64,000 bases of DNA from Okamejei kenojei (taxonomy: Eukaryota), in contig CM069148.1 of the NCBI GenBank assembly GCA_035221665.1, forward strand, positions 44,206,001 to 44,270,000, in the 5' to 3' direction. Position 1 is the first letter of the stretch; each line of letters opens with the position of its first letter. Under the pieces are notes generated by a model. That model saw only the letters and a list, made by a program, of their open reading frames with translations, did not search any database and was not told the DNA's origin. The position numbers and the translations under genes are program-made. This document shows positions 24,938 through 37,152 of the stretch, in pieces.

Positions 24938-26151
24938 GTGAGACACCTTACTTTGTTCAGGCCTGTCAATGAAAACCATGCTGGAACTCATTTTGAGTAT
25001 TTCTAAATATGAATGTTTCAACTTTTAAACATTGATGTGGTTGAAAGTTTATATGTGTATTGTGCAATGGATGTTTTTGGCCAATCTGTATAGTTTGTGT
25101 AATGCCTCTCTATTGATCGCTGTCTGTTACTACACTGAACTGCAAAAGACTTATTATTGCACTATATTTGTTATTTATTGAACATTTTCTATTTTTTCCT
25201 CTTCCCCCGTTATGTACTATGTTTAATATTCACATATTCTGTTGTGCTGCATCAAGTAAGAATTTCATAGTCCCATCTGGGACATATGACAATAAAACAC
25301 TCTTGACTCTTGACTTTCAAGCTATAGATGGTCTATTCAGTTGCTCGCCATGGAGCTAATGTCAAAGGACATCCCTATATATATTTTTTAAATGTAGAAC
25401 CCTTTTCATCATGGTTCTTCCTTGTTTGACCATGTCAAGCAGAGTTCTGTTTTGAGTTGCTAGCTCCCACCCTACTTGCCTGCCTGTGAGAACAACACCA
25501 GCGTGCAGTCCTGCCTGGTGCATTCCTAGTCAGCACAGCTTCACGCGCTATCCTGGAATTAACCACAATCGTGAAACACAATTGGTGACTGCATTGCTTG
25601 TGTCACATGGAAATCTCGCTGTATTTCTGTCTCCATATTTACAGTCCTCATAATGTTCAAAAGATGAATTCAGACATTGATTTAGCTGAAGACTAGTCTG
25701 GTACCCTTTCCCATTGCAATTGGGTTTGACCATTTAGGTGAGCGGGGCAGTGCAAATGTCAATACGCAAAAACACAAGTGAGCAGGGTCAGGGAAAGCAA
25801 GTGGCGCAGCCTGAGCTGTGAGGAGCCAGATTCCACTGCCCCCAACACTCTAATGATCTCTAATTGGGGCACGTTGCTGTAACGTTCAGGGTTGGACTGC
25901 AGCCAAGAGCATGTCACACAAGCAGGTGAGGAGATTGGGGCGGTATCCGGATCGGGGAGATGTGTGGTGAAACTGGTTCATGTACCAGCGGCTGAAAGTA
26001 TGAAGTACACAGATGTGGGGTGTTACTGAGTATGTGGTGAGAAGGAGGATCAGCATTGTATATGGTGAGGGGGGTAGGGATGACTGCATGTATATACTGA
26101 AGATGAGATGATGTGGTGGAGTTTAACAAACTTGTTGACTTGTGATTCCAG

Positions 26152-26262
26152 TCTGCCGTCAGATTGATATCGTGGAATTGAAAGATTTGGAGAAAGAGTA
26201 TATGTTGGCCCGCACTCGACTAGAACTCGTAAAGCATGACCCGTCATCTGCGGCAGTAGCCG
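26152..26262 (+). CDS. NUP160: NUP160 exon (CRQIDIVELKDLEKEYMLARTRLELVKHDPSSAAVA)
   Basis: ttccag| acceptor, |gtaaga donor, 111 nt. Confidence 0.95.
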
Positions 26263-26934
26263 GTAAGATCAGAAACATTGCTCAAAAAAATTTATGTCCT
26301 TCGTGCTGGAGTGTTATATGTCCTTCGTATTGTTAGTATTATACTTTGTCTTTTAGGAAGCACACGATTTTTAACCAATTCTCCAGATGCAGCAATTTGA
26401 CGTTTTAATTCTTTGCTCAGTTTTTTTCACCTTCGTAGCTTATTATTATCATTTTAAGCGTCATGTTGTGCAGAGTTGAAACTTTAAGTCAAATTGTTAG
26501 TCGATCACAGAGATGGCTGGCTTTTTTTAAGATGTGACACAGTGTCTAATCCTTCCCTTATCTATTCCTCAAACAAATAGGAACATGAATTATATTCTAT
26601 AGTCTGTTCTGCCATTCAGTGTGATAGGTCTTCTAGCATGCAACCATTTCCTTGACAATCATTTTGTCTTGATTCTGTTAATAGCTAATCTCAGTTTTAA
26701 ATGCAGTCAATGACTCAGCCTGCACAGCTCTCAAGACACAGAATTCCAAACATTCACCAATCTGTAGAAGGAAATGGACAGGAGATGTTTTGGTTCAAGA
26801 CTCTTTTGGTCGGGTGAAGTGGATGGGAGGGGAGATGGCTGTTAGAGAGGGAGGTATGGGTAGGCCAAAAACTAGCAAATGGTGGATGGATTCAGGTTAG
26901 GAGGGTTGATTAGCAGATGAGTCAACCCCTTCTA

Positions 26935-27200
26935 GGCCATTTCGGACTAGTTGAGGAAAAACTTTTTCAGCCAGAGTTGTGAATCTCTCAAATTCTTTGC
27001 CACAGAAGGCAGTGGAGGCCAATTCACTGGATGTATTCAAGAGAGAATTAGATATAGCTCTTGGAGCTAACGGAATCAAGGGATATGGGGGAAAAGCTGG
27101 AACAGGGTACTGATTCTGGATGATCAGCCATGATTATATTGAATGGCGGTGTTGGCTCGAAGGGTTGAATGGCCCACTCCTGCACCTATTTTCTACTTTT
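26935..27200 (+). mobile_element. CR1 3' fragment
   Basis: CAGAAGGCAGTGGAGGCC...ATCAGCCATGAT...GGCTCGAAGGG 3' UTR. Confidence 0.85.
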
Positions 27201-27879
27201 CTCACTTTCTCTGGTAATTTTTTTCTCCTACCTGACTCATCTGTCCATCGACCCCATTTCATCTTAATCCACCAATCACTTGTTAGTTCTTGCCCTACCT
27301 CTTCCGCTCACGTTTCACTTCCAGCTAGCTCTCCTCTACTCCAGCACTCTGAAGCAAATATCCTTTTATGGTAAAAGGAGAACAAAATTGTACATGGTAA
27401 TTGTATTTTTCAACCAAGGTCCCATATAATTGTAGGAAGACAACCTGAACTCGTATTCACAGTCAATCAAGGCCACGGTAACAATTTGTTTCATGGCTGC
27501 CTTCCTGATAGCTTTGAGTTCATTTGATACATGTTCAGTCAAATCCCAATCCTTGCATCATCTTGTTCCAGTGCAGGTTCCTTTCCCTCCACCAACCCCC
27601 GATCTGAAGCCACGGAGCTGTGTTAGCCATCTGAATATTGTTCTTGTCTGTGCTGTTCACAAGAATCAATCTCTGCAGAATTTTTCCACAGTCCTAATAT
27701 CTTGGGCATCACTGGACAGGCAGCATTTATTGGTTGGTCCCATCACCTGGCTCTCTTGTTCAGCCACCAATGAGCATGTTAATGGAGTCGATAAAATCAT
27801 GTAGCGTTGGAGTCGCGAACAGGACAATCCGGTGAGGACGACAGGTTTCGTTCCTCAAAGAACATCCTGAAAGAGTGCT

Positions 27880-28330
27880 GAAAATATTTATAAAGGTGTT
27901 GCCAGGACTCGAGGGACGAAATGATAGACAGGAGTTAGGCAGGCTGGGACTTTATTTCTTGGCGTGTAGGAGACTGAGATGTGATCTTATAGAGATGTAT
28001 AAAACCACGAGGGACATTGATAAGATGAATGTACGGAGTCTTTCCTAGGGTAGGGGAATCAAGAATTAGAGGGCGTGGGTTTAAGGAGAGAGGGAAAATA
28101 TTTAATAGGGACCTGAGAGGCAACTTTTGCACACAGTGGTACATATATAGAATGAGCTGTCGAGGGAGGAGTTGAGACAACAAATAACAACATTTGTAGG
28201 ACATTTGAATAGGTACAATGATAGGAAAGGTTCAGAGGGATATGGTTCAAATGTGGGCAAATGGGACCAATGTAGATGCCATCTTGATTACCATGGGTGA
28301 GTTAGGCAGAAAGGAACCGTTTACATGCTG
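27880..28330 (+). mobile_element. Older CR1-family 3' fragment
   Basis: Decayed ORF2 C-terminus (GGAGACTGAGATGTGATCTTATAGAG, CTGAGAGGCAACTTTT). Confidence 0.7.
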
Positions 28331-28577
28331 TCACAGAGATCTAAAAGCTTAATGGTTACTTTCTTTGCTTAGAAAGTTTTATTCAAATTTATGGATTACT
28401 GAGTGGGATGTGAATTTGTGTGGACTTTTAGTTCAAAACATCATTTCCATACCATCTGGCCTAAATGTATAAGATTCTTTCTGCAGCCTGTGTAATATAC
28501 TCCTCTTCACAAGTTTCAAATCGGTCTGTGTAGTCTCCTGATGGATGCTCAGTCTTTAATCCTTTGTTTTACTGCAG

Positions 28578-28701
28578 GAAATGCCTCCGCTGAGGAGATT
28601 GTGGCATTGCTTGTTCAAGTGGGGCTCTTTGATACAGCAATCTCCCTATGTCAAACTTTCAAGCTCTCACTCACCCCCATCTTCGAAGCACTGGCCTTCA
28701 A
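28578..28701 (+). CDS. NUP160: NUP160 exon (NASAEEIVALLVQVGLFDTAISLCQTFKLSLTPIFEALAFK)
   Basis: tactgcag| acceptor, |gtaagt donor, 124 nt. Confidence 0.96.
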
Positions 28702-29059
28702 GTAAGTGTGGGATTGATTGTTGACCGATTTGTGCGGAGTGTTTGCCCCTTTCTCTTGTGAAGACCTGTGACAGTTTGTTCTCTGAACCAGTGGAGGTTG
28801 AAGTGAACGTGCCACTGGGAGGATAGAAACCTGGAGTGCACGGTCTTCTCCACCAGTTGAATGGCTTTTTGTTCATGTTAGCGGTTGTCTAATTAATCAG
28901 AGGTTGGTTGAAGAATCTTCTTGGTCATGAAGGGGCTGACACTGTCTTGATGGGTGAGCTCACTTTGCAGGTTTAGCTGAAAGTCCCTATCACACTTTAA
29001 AACATTTTTTTTAATGTTGCCCTTCACTGAGTTCCTGGCAACTTGTCCTGGAGTAGCCA

Positions 29060-29448
29060 TATTGAAGCAATGGCCAAGAAAGCACACCAATGTTAATTCC
29101 TCAGCAGGCTTAAGAAGCACAACATGCCCCCATCTACTCTCACCAACCTCTACCCGATGTGCTGTAGAAAGCATTTTATTGGGATGCATCACAGCATGGT
29201 TTTCAAACAGCTCCGTCCAAGACCACAAGAAATTGGACACAGCCCAGGCCATCACACAAACCAACCTCCCTTCCATTGACTCCATCTATACTTCACACTG
29301 CCCCGGCACGGCATCCAGCATAATCAAGAACGAGTCTCGCCCCAGACACTCCCTCTTCTCACTTCCATCAGGCCAGTTGAACAGAGGTGTGAAAACGCAT
29401 ACCTCCAGGTTCAGGGACAGTTTCTTCCCAGATGTTATCAGGCAACTG
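29060..29448 (+). mobile_element. Rex1-like LINE 3' fragment (continues after 30288)
   Basis: RCAVESILLGCITAWFSN...FRDSFFPDVIR peptide. Confidence 0.8.
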
Positions 29449-30282
29449 CAGACCTCCCAACTATCCCGCTTTTGGCGGGATATTCCCGCTTTTTAGGTTC
29501 CCTTCCCGCCATTCCGATTTGTAACCTAATTATCCCGCTAAATTGTTCCTCCCGTGGTGAACGCCGGCGCCATGTGTCCCCGGTTTGCCGGCCCGCGCGA
29601 TCAGCGGCACTTTGCCGGGCCCCAGTGTCCGCGCGTGCGCAGTGGGTGAGGGTTGCCGGGCCCCAGTGTCCGCGCGTGCGCAGTGGTGTGAGGGTTGCCG
29701 GGCCCCAGTGGCCGCGCGTGCGCAGTGGGGGAGGGTTGCCGGGCCCCAGTGGCCACGCGTGCGCAGTGGGGGAGGGTTGCCGGGCCTGGCGCCATTTCGA
29801 GCCACGCCACGCCCGGCCCAGAGCCCGGGCGGCGCCGGCCCGCGCGATCAGCGGCACTTTCTTGCCGGCAGCCGGCCGCTCGCGGCAGCCCCATCACCGG
29901 GCCTCCCCCCCCCACCCCCACCCAGTGCGCAGGCGCAGACCCGCGGGCAACCTTCCCCAGTGCGCATGTGCCGCACCCGCCCGCCGGCAGCCCGCTGATC
30001 TGCACCAGTGCGCAGGCGCATAGCCGCCGGCAACAACCCCAAGTGAGAGAAATGAAGGTGAGTCTAGTGTCAAGTTTATCAAAGTTTAACAAAGAATTAT
30101 AAATGTTTCAGCATACATGTGCCTTTTTCACATTTTGGCATTTAAAACACTTCTTCACAATTTAGAATTTGTGAAATGGGACCCCGAATAGGGCGCCGCG
30201 ACATATTATGAATTTTCATTTAAAAATATGAATTTTGAGGGGAAATATTATGAATTTTGACAATCAAATGTTGGGAGGTCTG
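29449..30282. mobile_element. Non-autonomous DNA transposon (hAT-like, 6-bp TSD) with internal CpG-rich ~41-bp tandem repeat
   Basis: Perfect TIR CAGACCTCCCAAC / GTTGGGAGGTCTG; TSD CAACTG at 29443-29448 and 30283-30288. Confidence 0.88.
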
Positions 30283-30609
30283 CAACTGGACCAATCCGTC
30301 CAACTGTGGTCCTGAGCTACCATCGATCTCATTGGAGACCCTCGGACTATCTTTAATCTTGCACCAAACATTATTCCATTTGATGTAAACCAGCATCTGC
30401 AGTTCCTTCCTACACATATTTGAATCTTTCACGATGGAGGGACACGAGTAGAAAGAGCGCTCACCACTTGCAATGCCATCTGTGGCTGCTCAGGGGATTT
30501 CAACTGAGCTCTTGCAATTTTGTCATAATTATAGGGGGTGGGTGGACCATCAGTTGACAGAAAATAGTTCACCTTGCAGTACAATGCAAGAAACTATGTA
30601 TTGGAACTG

Positions 30610-30790
30610 AGGCAGAAGTTGGTGCCACAGCCTCTTGGCTCCTGTGATCCAGGTTAAATCTTGCCCTCTGGTCCTGCCTGTGTGGATTTTGCACATTCTC
30701 TCTGTAACCGCGTGGATTTCCACTGGATGCTCAAGTTTTCTCCTTTCCTCCCAAAGATGTGCTGCTATAAATTACCCCTTTAGTGTCTGG
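30610..30790 (+). mobile_element. Degraded V-domain SINE
   Basis: GCCTGTGTGGATTTTGCACATTCTC...CGCGTGGATTTCC core. Confidence 0.7.
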
Positions 30791-30899
30791 TAAAGGTACA
30801 CCTGGTAAAGGAATCAAAAGAGAGTTGCACCCGATGGGCTGAAGGGTCATGTGTATATTGTTTATCAGGTGACGTCTGTCTGTTCAGCTGAAAATGGGC

Positions 30900-31625
30900 T
30901 ACAAGGCCTGAAAGAGGCAGGTAATAGGTCAACACAGGCAGGAGATGGGGTTTTGATAAGTGGCTGATTGGAACAAAGGCCAGAGATAAGAGAGGAAAGA
31001 AAGTGTGAGACGGATTTGCAGATTGTAAAGCCAGGGGGAGGAAATTAGCAGGAGGGGTGAGTGGAGGATAGAAATAGGTGTGAGTCTGGGGGTTGATTGC
31101 AACCTTCAAATGTGGTCCGCTCTGTTTCGACGAATGCAATCAACCCGACGTGCACAATCAAATAAGATCAAATAGAACAAGTTGTCCTACAACTTTAGGC
31201 TGTGCATGCCATACGCAAGAAGAAGATCAGAGTGGGAAGAGGGAGAGGGGGTGGGGGGAGGGCTTGTTGGGGGGGAAGGGGAAGTTTGAGAGGTTACCTA
31301 AAATTGGAAAATTCAATGTTTGTACCATTGGGTTGTGAGCTACCCAAGCAGAATATGAGGTGCTGTTTATTCCAGTTTGCATGTGGCCTCACTCTGGAAA
31401 TTAGGAGGCCAAGGACAGAAAGGTCAGTTTGGGAATGGGAAAGGGGAGTTGAAATGGTGAGCAACCGAGAGACCAAGTACGCCTTGGCGAATTGAACGCA
31501 AGTGTTCAGTGAAATGGTCGTCAAATCCACGTTTGGTCTTGCCGATGTATAGGAGGCTACATCGGGAAAACCGGGTGCAGTAGAGGAGGTGCAATGTGAA
31601 CCTCTGTCTCACCTGGAAGAACTGT
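30900..31625 (-). mobile_element. Penelope-like fragment with GIY-YIG remnant
   Basis: LYCTRFSRCSLLYIGKTKR...FTEHLRS...VAHHFN. Confidence 0.85.
31095..31226 (+). mobile_element. ~130-bp retroposed repeat with (AAG)n tail; second copy at 50806-50911
   Basis: Near-identical GTGGTCCGC(T/C)CTGTTTCGACGAATGCAATCAACC...AATAAGATCAAATAGAACAAGTTGTCC at both sites. Confidence 0.75.
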
Positions 31626-31849
31626 TTATAAGGTATATCTGGGTTAGCTGGCAATCATCTAATGTATGCGGGCTGAATGAGTTGTGATAGAATTGATTTC
31701 TACGTTTCCCAAGTGAAATTGTAGAAAGCCTTATTTGTTTACCATTGCTTGTGTCTCAGCCACAATGGAAACTATTGCTGGAGTTTCCACCTATTTGTAG
31801 TTGGTGTTATCTGGATTGAAGCTGGCATCATATACAATTCTACAAGTCT

Positions 31850-32351
31850 ACGTTCTTGCCATAGAGGGAGTACAGAGAATGTTCACCAGACTGATTCCTG
31901 GAATGGCAGGACTTTCATATGAAGAAAGACTAGATAGACTCGGCTTGTACTCGCTAGAATTTAGAAGATTGCTGGGGGGATCACAATCTTCTTAAGGGTT
32001 GGACAGGCTAGATGCAGGAAGATTGTTCCCGATGTTGGCGAAGTCCAGAACAAGGGGTCACAGTTTAAGGATAAGGGGGAAATCTTTTAGAACCAAGATG
32101 AGAAAAAAAAAATTCACACAGAGAGTGGTGAATCTGTGGAATTCTCTGCCACAGAAAGTAGTTGAGGCCAGTTCATTGGCTATATTTAAGAGGGAGTTAG
32201 ATGTGGTCCTTGTGGCTAAAGGGATCAGGGGGTATGGAGAGAAGGCAGGTATGGGATACTGAGTTGGATGATCAGCCATGATCATATTGAATGGCGGTGC
32301 AGGCTCAAAGGGCCGAATGGCCTACTCCTGTACCTATTTTCTATGTTTCTA
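31850..32351 (+). mobile_element. CR1 3' fragment
   Basis: AIEGVQRMFTRLIPGMAGLSYEERL...; TTCTATGTTTCTA tail. Confidence 0.92.
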
Positions 32352-32381
32352 CATCATATACAATTCTGTACCCTCTTTCAG

Positions 32382-32483
32382 GTGCATCAAACTGCAGTTC
32401 AATGGAGAGGCCACACAGGCGGCTGCCTGGGACTGGCTGAAAACAAATCAGATGCCATCCGTGGTTGCAACAAAGGAGTCTAG
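32382..32483 (+). CDS. NUP160: NUP160 exon (CIKLQFNGEATQAAAWDWLKTNQMPSVVATKES)
   Basis: ctttcag| acceptor, |gtacat donor, 102 nt. Confidence 0.95.
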   Translation: MHQTAVQWRGHTGGCLGLAENKSDAIRGCNKGV

Positions 32484-34047
32484 GTACATTCGAGGGGATA
32501 AAGGGCAACACTGGGGAGGGATGGTTGGCACTTGCTTGGCACTTGCCCTTTGAATGAGGTTCTCACTGAGTCTGATAACAGCTTCTGATAACAACTGTAT
32601 CTGGCACCTGGCAAAATGAATACTAACAAATTGTCTGTCATTCCCCATCATTACAAGCTGCAGCCTTGATCTGTGAACTGTGTGGGGAAGGTATGTCTAC
32701 AGTGTTTTTGTGTAAAGGAGTGCTTTACTAAGCGATTCCAACAGGAAGTTGATGATCACCCACTTTCTTGCAGGTCTGGTCAGCTTGATGGAGTGAAGAT
32801 TCTCATTTCCTTCCCAGTAAAAATGTAGAGTTTTATTTGTGCTTCTACACCAGATTTACTAAATTAACTACATTTAAATTTCCCAGTTGGTAAAATTTAA
32901 ACATGGCAGCAAAATTTAAAAAAAACCCCTCTAGCCAAGCATCGCGTACAATGAAATGTCCCACTGGGACTGAACGCCGTTCACCACAGCCGGTGGACAG
33001 AAACTCCATCCTTGTTCAGGGGCTCAACCGATGCGGTGGCCCCAGTCAACTTTGCCACCGAATAAGGCTGCTCTGCTCAAACTGTGACAGATCTAGTCCT
33101 GATCTGCCAATCGTTTTTATCACTTGTGCTAATGTTTCCTTATGTAGCCCATATTGTCAGTTTTTGTTTGATAATGCTCCTGTGTTGTATCTTAGCCCAC
33201 ATTGTTGCATTACAAAGGCACAACAAACAGTTGTTGTCTCCTCTTGGAGTGGGTTCAACATATCAATCTCCCTTTGTTCAAGGTCCATATGAGTTCGCGC
33301 AGGTCTAGTGAAGCACCTGTGCGATTATTTTTTTCACTGCCACACGTGATGGCTAAGGCTTTTAATCTGTTTGACTAAGGCTATGGTTTCCATTAAGGCT
33401 AAACTGCTGGGAAGATGTAATAATGATACTTTCTAACTTTCTTGAGCTGGTGATCATCAGTATATGACCTACCAAAGGCTCTACAGGTCTAAACTTGGGT
33501 TCTCACGTCTGCTTTAGTTTGGCAATGCTCTCTCCATTGGAGTCCAGTACATCTACTCAATCCTTGTCTGAACCGTAACGCATCTGGTACTAAAAATATT
33601 TTGCTTTTCCTTTTTTTAAATACAGTGAATGTTTTTTGAGTGGACAGACGTGCAAATAAGCAAAGATAACGCATGAAAAGCAAAACAAAACCGTAGGTGT
33701 TGGAAAACTGAATTAAAAAAATTAAAAAGATCTTTGAATTAATAACCCAGTGGCTCTTGCTGGAGTCGTTTTGGCATTTTTGAAACAACCATTCTGCAGC
33801 AAAAGCAATATTAGCTGAGATACAATTATTGCCCAATTATTGAGAGAATACTTTGCCCTTCGGCAGTGCTGTGGGATTTTTAACTGTTATCTGATTAATG
33901 TGGGGCCTTGGTTTGATTGTTTTCAGTGAATGAGACCAATGATGGGGAAGGAAGCCCATTGTAAGATGCTTCCTTATTTAGTGGAGCATGTCTTTGAATG
34001 AAAGTGTTTTTCTGATTAAACTTCTTATCTGTTTTGTCTCCATTTAG

Positions 34048-34189
34048 TGCCACAAATGAAGCCTGGAGGTTGCTCTCTGCCTATCTTGATCGCTACCAGT
34101 CGCACAGTTCACAATACCATCACTGTATCATTAATAAACTGTTGTCACATGGAGTGCCCCTTCCCAACTGGCTTGTTAACAACTACAAG
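34048..34189 (+). CDS. NUP160: NUP160 exon (ATNEAWRLLSAYLDRY...HGVPLPNWLVNNYK)
   Basis: catttag| acceptor, |gtaact donor, 142 nt. Confidence 0.96.
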
Positions 34190-34469
34190 GTAACTTGCTG
34201 CTCATTTTTCACTTTGGATAGCTTAATTGAGAATTGCTTTGGGGCTGGGAGGTAGGAGATGAATTGTGTGGCCTTGGTCATTCTTACTGCCTGTGTGTCA
34301 AGGTATTGCGATGATAAAGGATGTAAGATTTTGCATTACCACTGATCAAGCTGTATCTGATTATCTTGCATTTGTAACATTCAATATTATGGACAGTCCG
34401 CCAAAAGGCAAGAGTGCATGATATAATTGTGGGGAACGGATTACATGCTCTCTTCAAAAAATGAACATA

Positions 34470-36110
34470 AGAAGGCGACCATCTTTCAATATGATCATGG
34501 ATAATCACTGTCTTCAAACCCCTTCTGTGCCACTCTCCATTTGCTATTCCTTGATATTTCACATATTTATCCACTTCCCCTTTAAATACATAACGATCCA
34601 GTTTCCGCCACCTGCTGAAGCAGGAAAATCCAAAGATTCACTACCCTCTGCACAAATAAATATCCATGTACCTCAGTTTTAATTGGTCCCTTATCTTGTA
34701 GTTATGCCCCTTGTTCGTGACTCTCACTAGTGAAAACAACCCAATATCTACCCTGTCGTTGCCTTAAAATCTTGTATATTTGAATAAATCTCCCCTCATT
34801 CCTCGACTCCCAAGGAATACAAGCCCAAATTAATTAGTCTCTCCTGGTAGGATAACCCTCCATTTTTAAAATTCATCCTCTGTAATGAAGGTCAAAATGC
34901 CATTTGCCACCTTAGTTTAATAACAGTCATCAGCTAGAAAGTTAGCTTTCGTGCACTTGTTATTATCAGTGCATGACCAATGGTTCCAAGAGAGTTGGCA
35001 GGCTCTCTCTGATATGATTTTCAGAATCGCTTTAAATCTTTCATGTAGTGAGCGATTATATGTAAATAATTTACCGTATGTTGGGCTACAGTGAGGGAAA
35101 AGCTTCATTCATTGAAGTTTGGGGGTTTATTGCAGAAGAGAGATGTGAAGTTGATTATGGATTGAGAGGTAAAGATAGATCAGCCATGATTGAATGGAGG
35201 GGTAGACTATGTGGACCGAATGGCCTAATTCTGCTCCTACAACCTATGAACATATTAAACAGAGAATCGACCTACTCCAAGAAGAGTTGACCCTTGGTGG
35301 CCCAACATTAGTCCCACCTGCCTGCATTTCGCCTATATCCCTCTAAACCTTTCCTGTCCATGTACCTGTCCAAATGTCTTTTAAATGTTGATATAGTACC
35401 TGCCTCAACTATCTCCTCTGGCAGCACATTCCATTTACTCACCGCCCTCTCTGAAGAAGGATCTTGACCCGAAACGTCACCAATTCCTTCTCTCCAGAGT
35501 TGCTGCCTGTCCCGCTGAGTTACTCTAGCTTTTTGTGTCTACCCTCTCTGAAAAATTGCCCCCTCGGATTCCTATGAAATCTTTCCCCTTTCACCTTAAA
35601 CTTATGTCTTCTTGTTTCCTCTTCTCTGGATAGAAGACTCTGTGCATTGACCCTATCTAGTTTCCTCATGATCTTATACACCTCCATAAAATCATCTTTA
35701 TCTTTCTGTCCAAAGTCCTAGCCTGCCCAACCTCTTCCTATAGCTTAGACCCTCAAGTTCTGCCAATGACCTTGTAAATTTTATCTATGCTTTTTTCCAG
35801 TAGAACAACATCTTTCCTATGGCAGGGTGACCAAAACTGGACACAATACTCCTCTTATCCCTTCACCAACGTCTTGTATCATAAAATCCCAACTTCTATA
35901 CTCCATGCCCTGTCCGATAATGGCAAATATGTAAAAACCCTTCTTGACCATCCCATCTACCTGTGACACCACTTTCAAGAAACTATGTACCTGTACTCTG
36001 AGATCCCACTGCTTTACAATACTCCTCACAGCCCTGCCATTCACTGTGAAAATCCTGCCCTGGTTTGTCTTTACAAAATGCAACGCCACACACTTTTCTG
36101 CATTAAACTC
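34470..36110. mobile_element. Cluster of decayed CR1 fragments (both strands) with a Penelope mini insert at 35456-35541
   Basis: CR1 3' UTR and ORF2 remnants; CTGAAGAAGGATCTTGACCCGAAACGTC core. Confidence 0.75.
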
Positions 36111-36689
36111 TGCAAGTTATGCATAAATTATCCAAGACAGTGAGCAAAAAAAAGATGGTGCAAAAAACAAAACATTTTTTGTTTATTTCTTTGCATTTTG
36201 TGTATTTAATGTCTCTCACACGTGTGTGTGTGTGTGCGTGCGCGCACACACAGAGACACACACTCACTTCATAAGAGCAAGTTGTATTCTGCATCTGATT
36301 TTTAGTAGTCGTTTGTGAATTCCAATGTGGGCGAATTCTCCTCCAATCAGCTGCAATGTGGGGAATGTCTGCATTGTGTTCAGTTTTGTGTGTCACATTT
36401 TAGGAAAGTTGTGAAGGCTATGCAGTGGAGCTGTAGTGATTTGCTAAAAAGATTTGAGAGATGAGTGGGTTTTTGTGGATAGATGGGTGGCACTGGGGCT
36501 TTTCTCTTTGGGACAGAGGAGGTTGCAGGCAGGCAAAGGACATGAAATTATTCCTGGTGGAAGGACCTGAATCAGGGCCGAATGGGAGTAGGGAAATTAT
36601 TCAAGCTTGGTGGCTCAATAGTCAAACACGATGTCCTGTATTATCACCACTCGGTAATCAGTTTGCAAATGTAATTGCAATTCAATGTT

Positions 36690-36715
36690 TGTGTATTTTG
36701 CAGGAGTGACCTGTC

Positions 36716-36767
<52 letters not shown>

Positions 36768-36960
36768 TTTACAAGATGGCCTGATGTGTGCATGCACGTA
36801 CGCTACTGGAGTGGCCTGCCCCGTGTGTGCGTGTACTTTGCAGTAGTGGACTGTCCTGTGTGTGTGCTCTGCAATAATGGCCTGATGTGTGCATGCATGT
36901 ACTCTACCGGAGTGGCCTGCCCCGTGTGTGCGTGTACTTTGCAGTAGTGGACTGTCCTAT
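36690..36960. repeat. (TG)n microsatellite (36719-36764) plus ~101-bp TG-rich tandem duplication
   Basis: GGCCTGATGTGTGCATGCA...GTGTACTTTGCAGTAGTGGACTGTCCT at 36779 and 36879. Confidence 0.85.
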
Positions 36961-37026
36961 GCTTGTGTGTCTATGTTGTCATGTTTGAGCAAATTCCCAA
37001 GTGAAGTGTTTTTTGCCTTAAACCAG

Positions 37027-37152
37027 AAAATGGATATGGCTGGACTCCTGCGACTGTACCTGTACTACGACCTGTTGGAGGAAGCGGTGGACCTGGTGTT
37101 GGAATACATTGATGCATTAATGGGGAAGGGGCACCAGTATTTTGGCATTGAG
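37027..37152 (+). CDS. NUP160: NUP160 exon (KMDMAGLLRLYLYYDLLEEAVDLV...GKGHQYFGIE)
   Basis: aaccag| acceptor, |gtaagc donor, 126 nt. Confidence 0.96.

Noticed and set aside
29438-30102. Several overlapping 130-180-aa ORFs on both strands
   Set aside because: GC-rich tandem interior of a non-autonomous transposon; no transposase motifs
37010-37026. Second U12-like branch site (GCCTTAAAC) before a NUP160 exon
   Set aside because: The matching donor is GTAACT, a U2-type site
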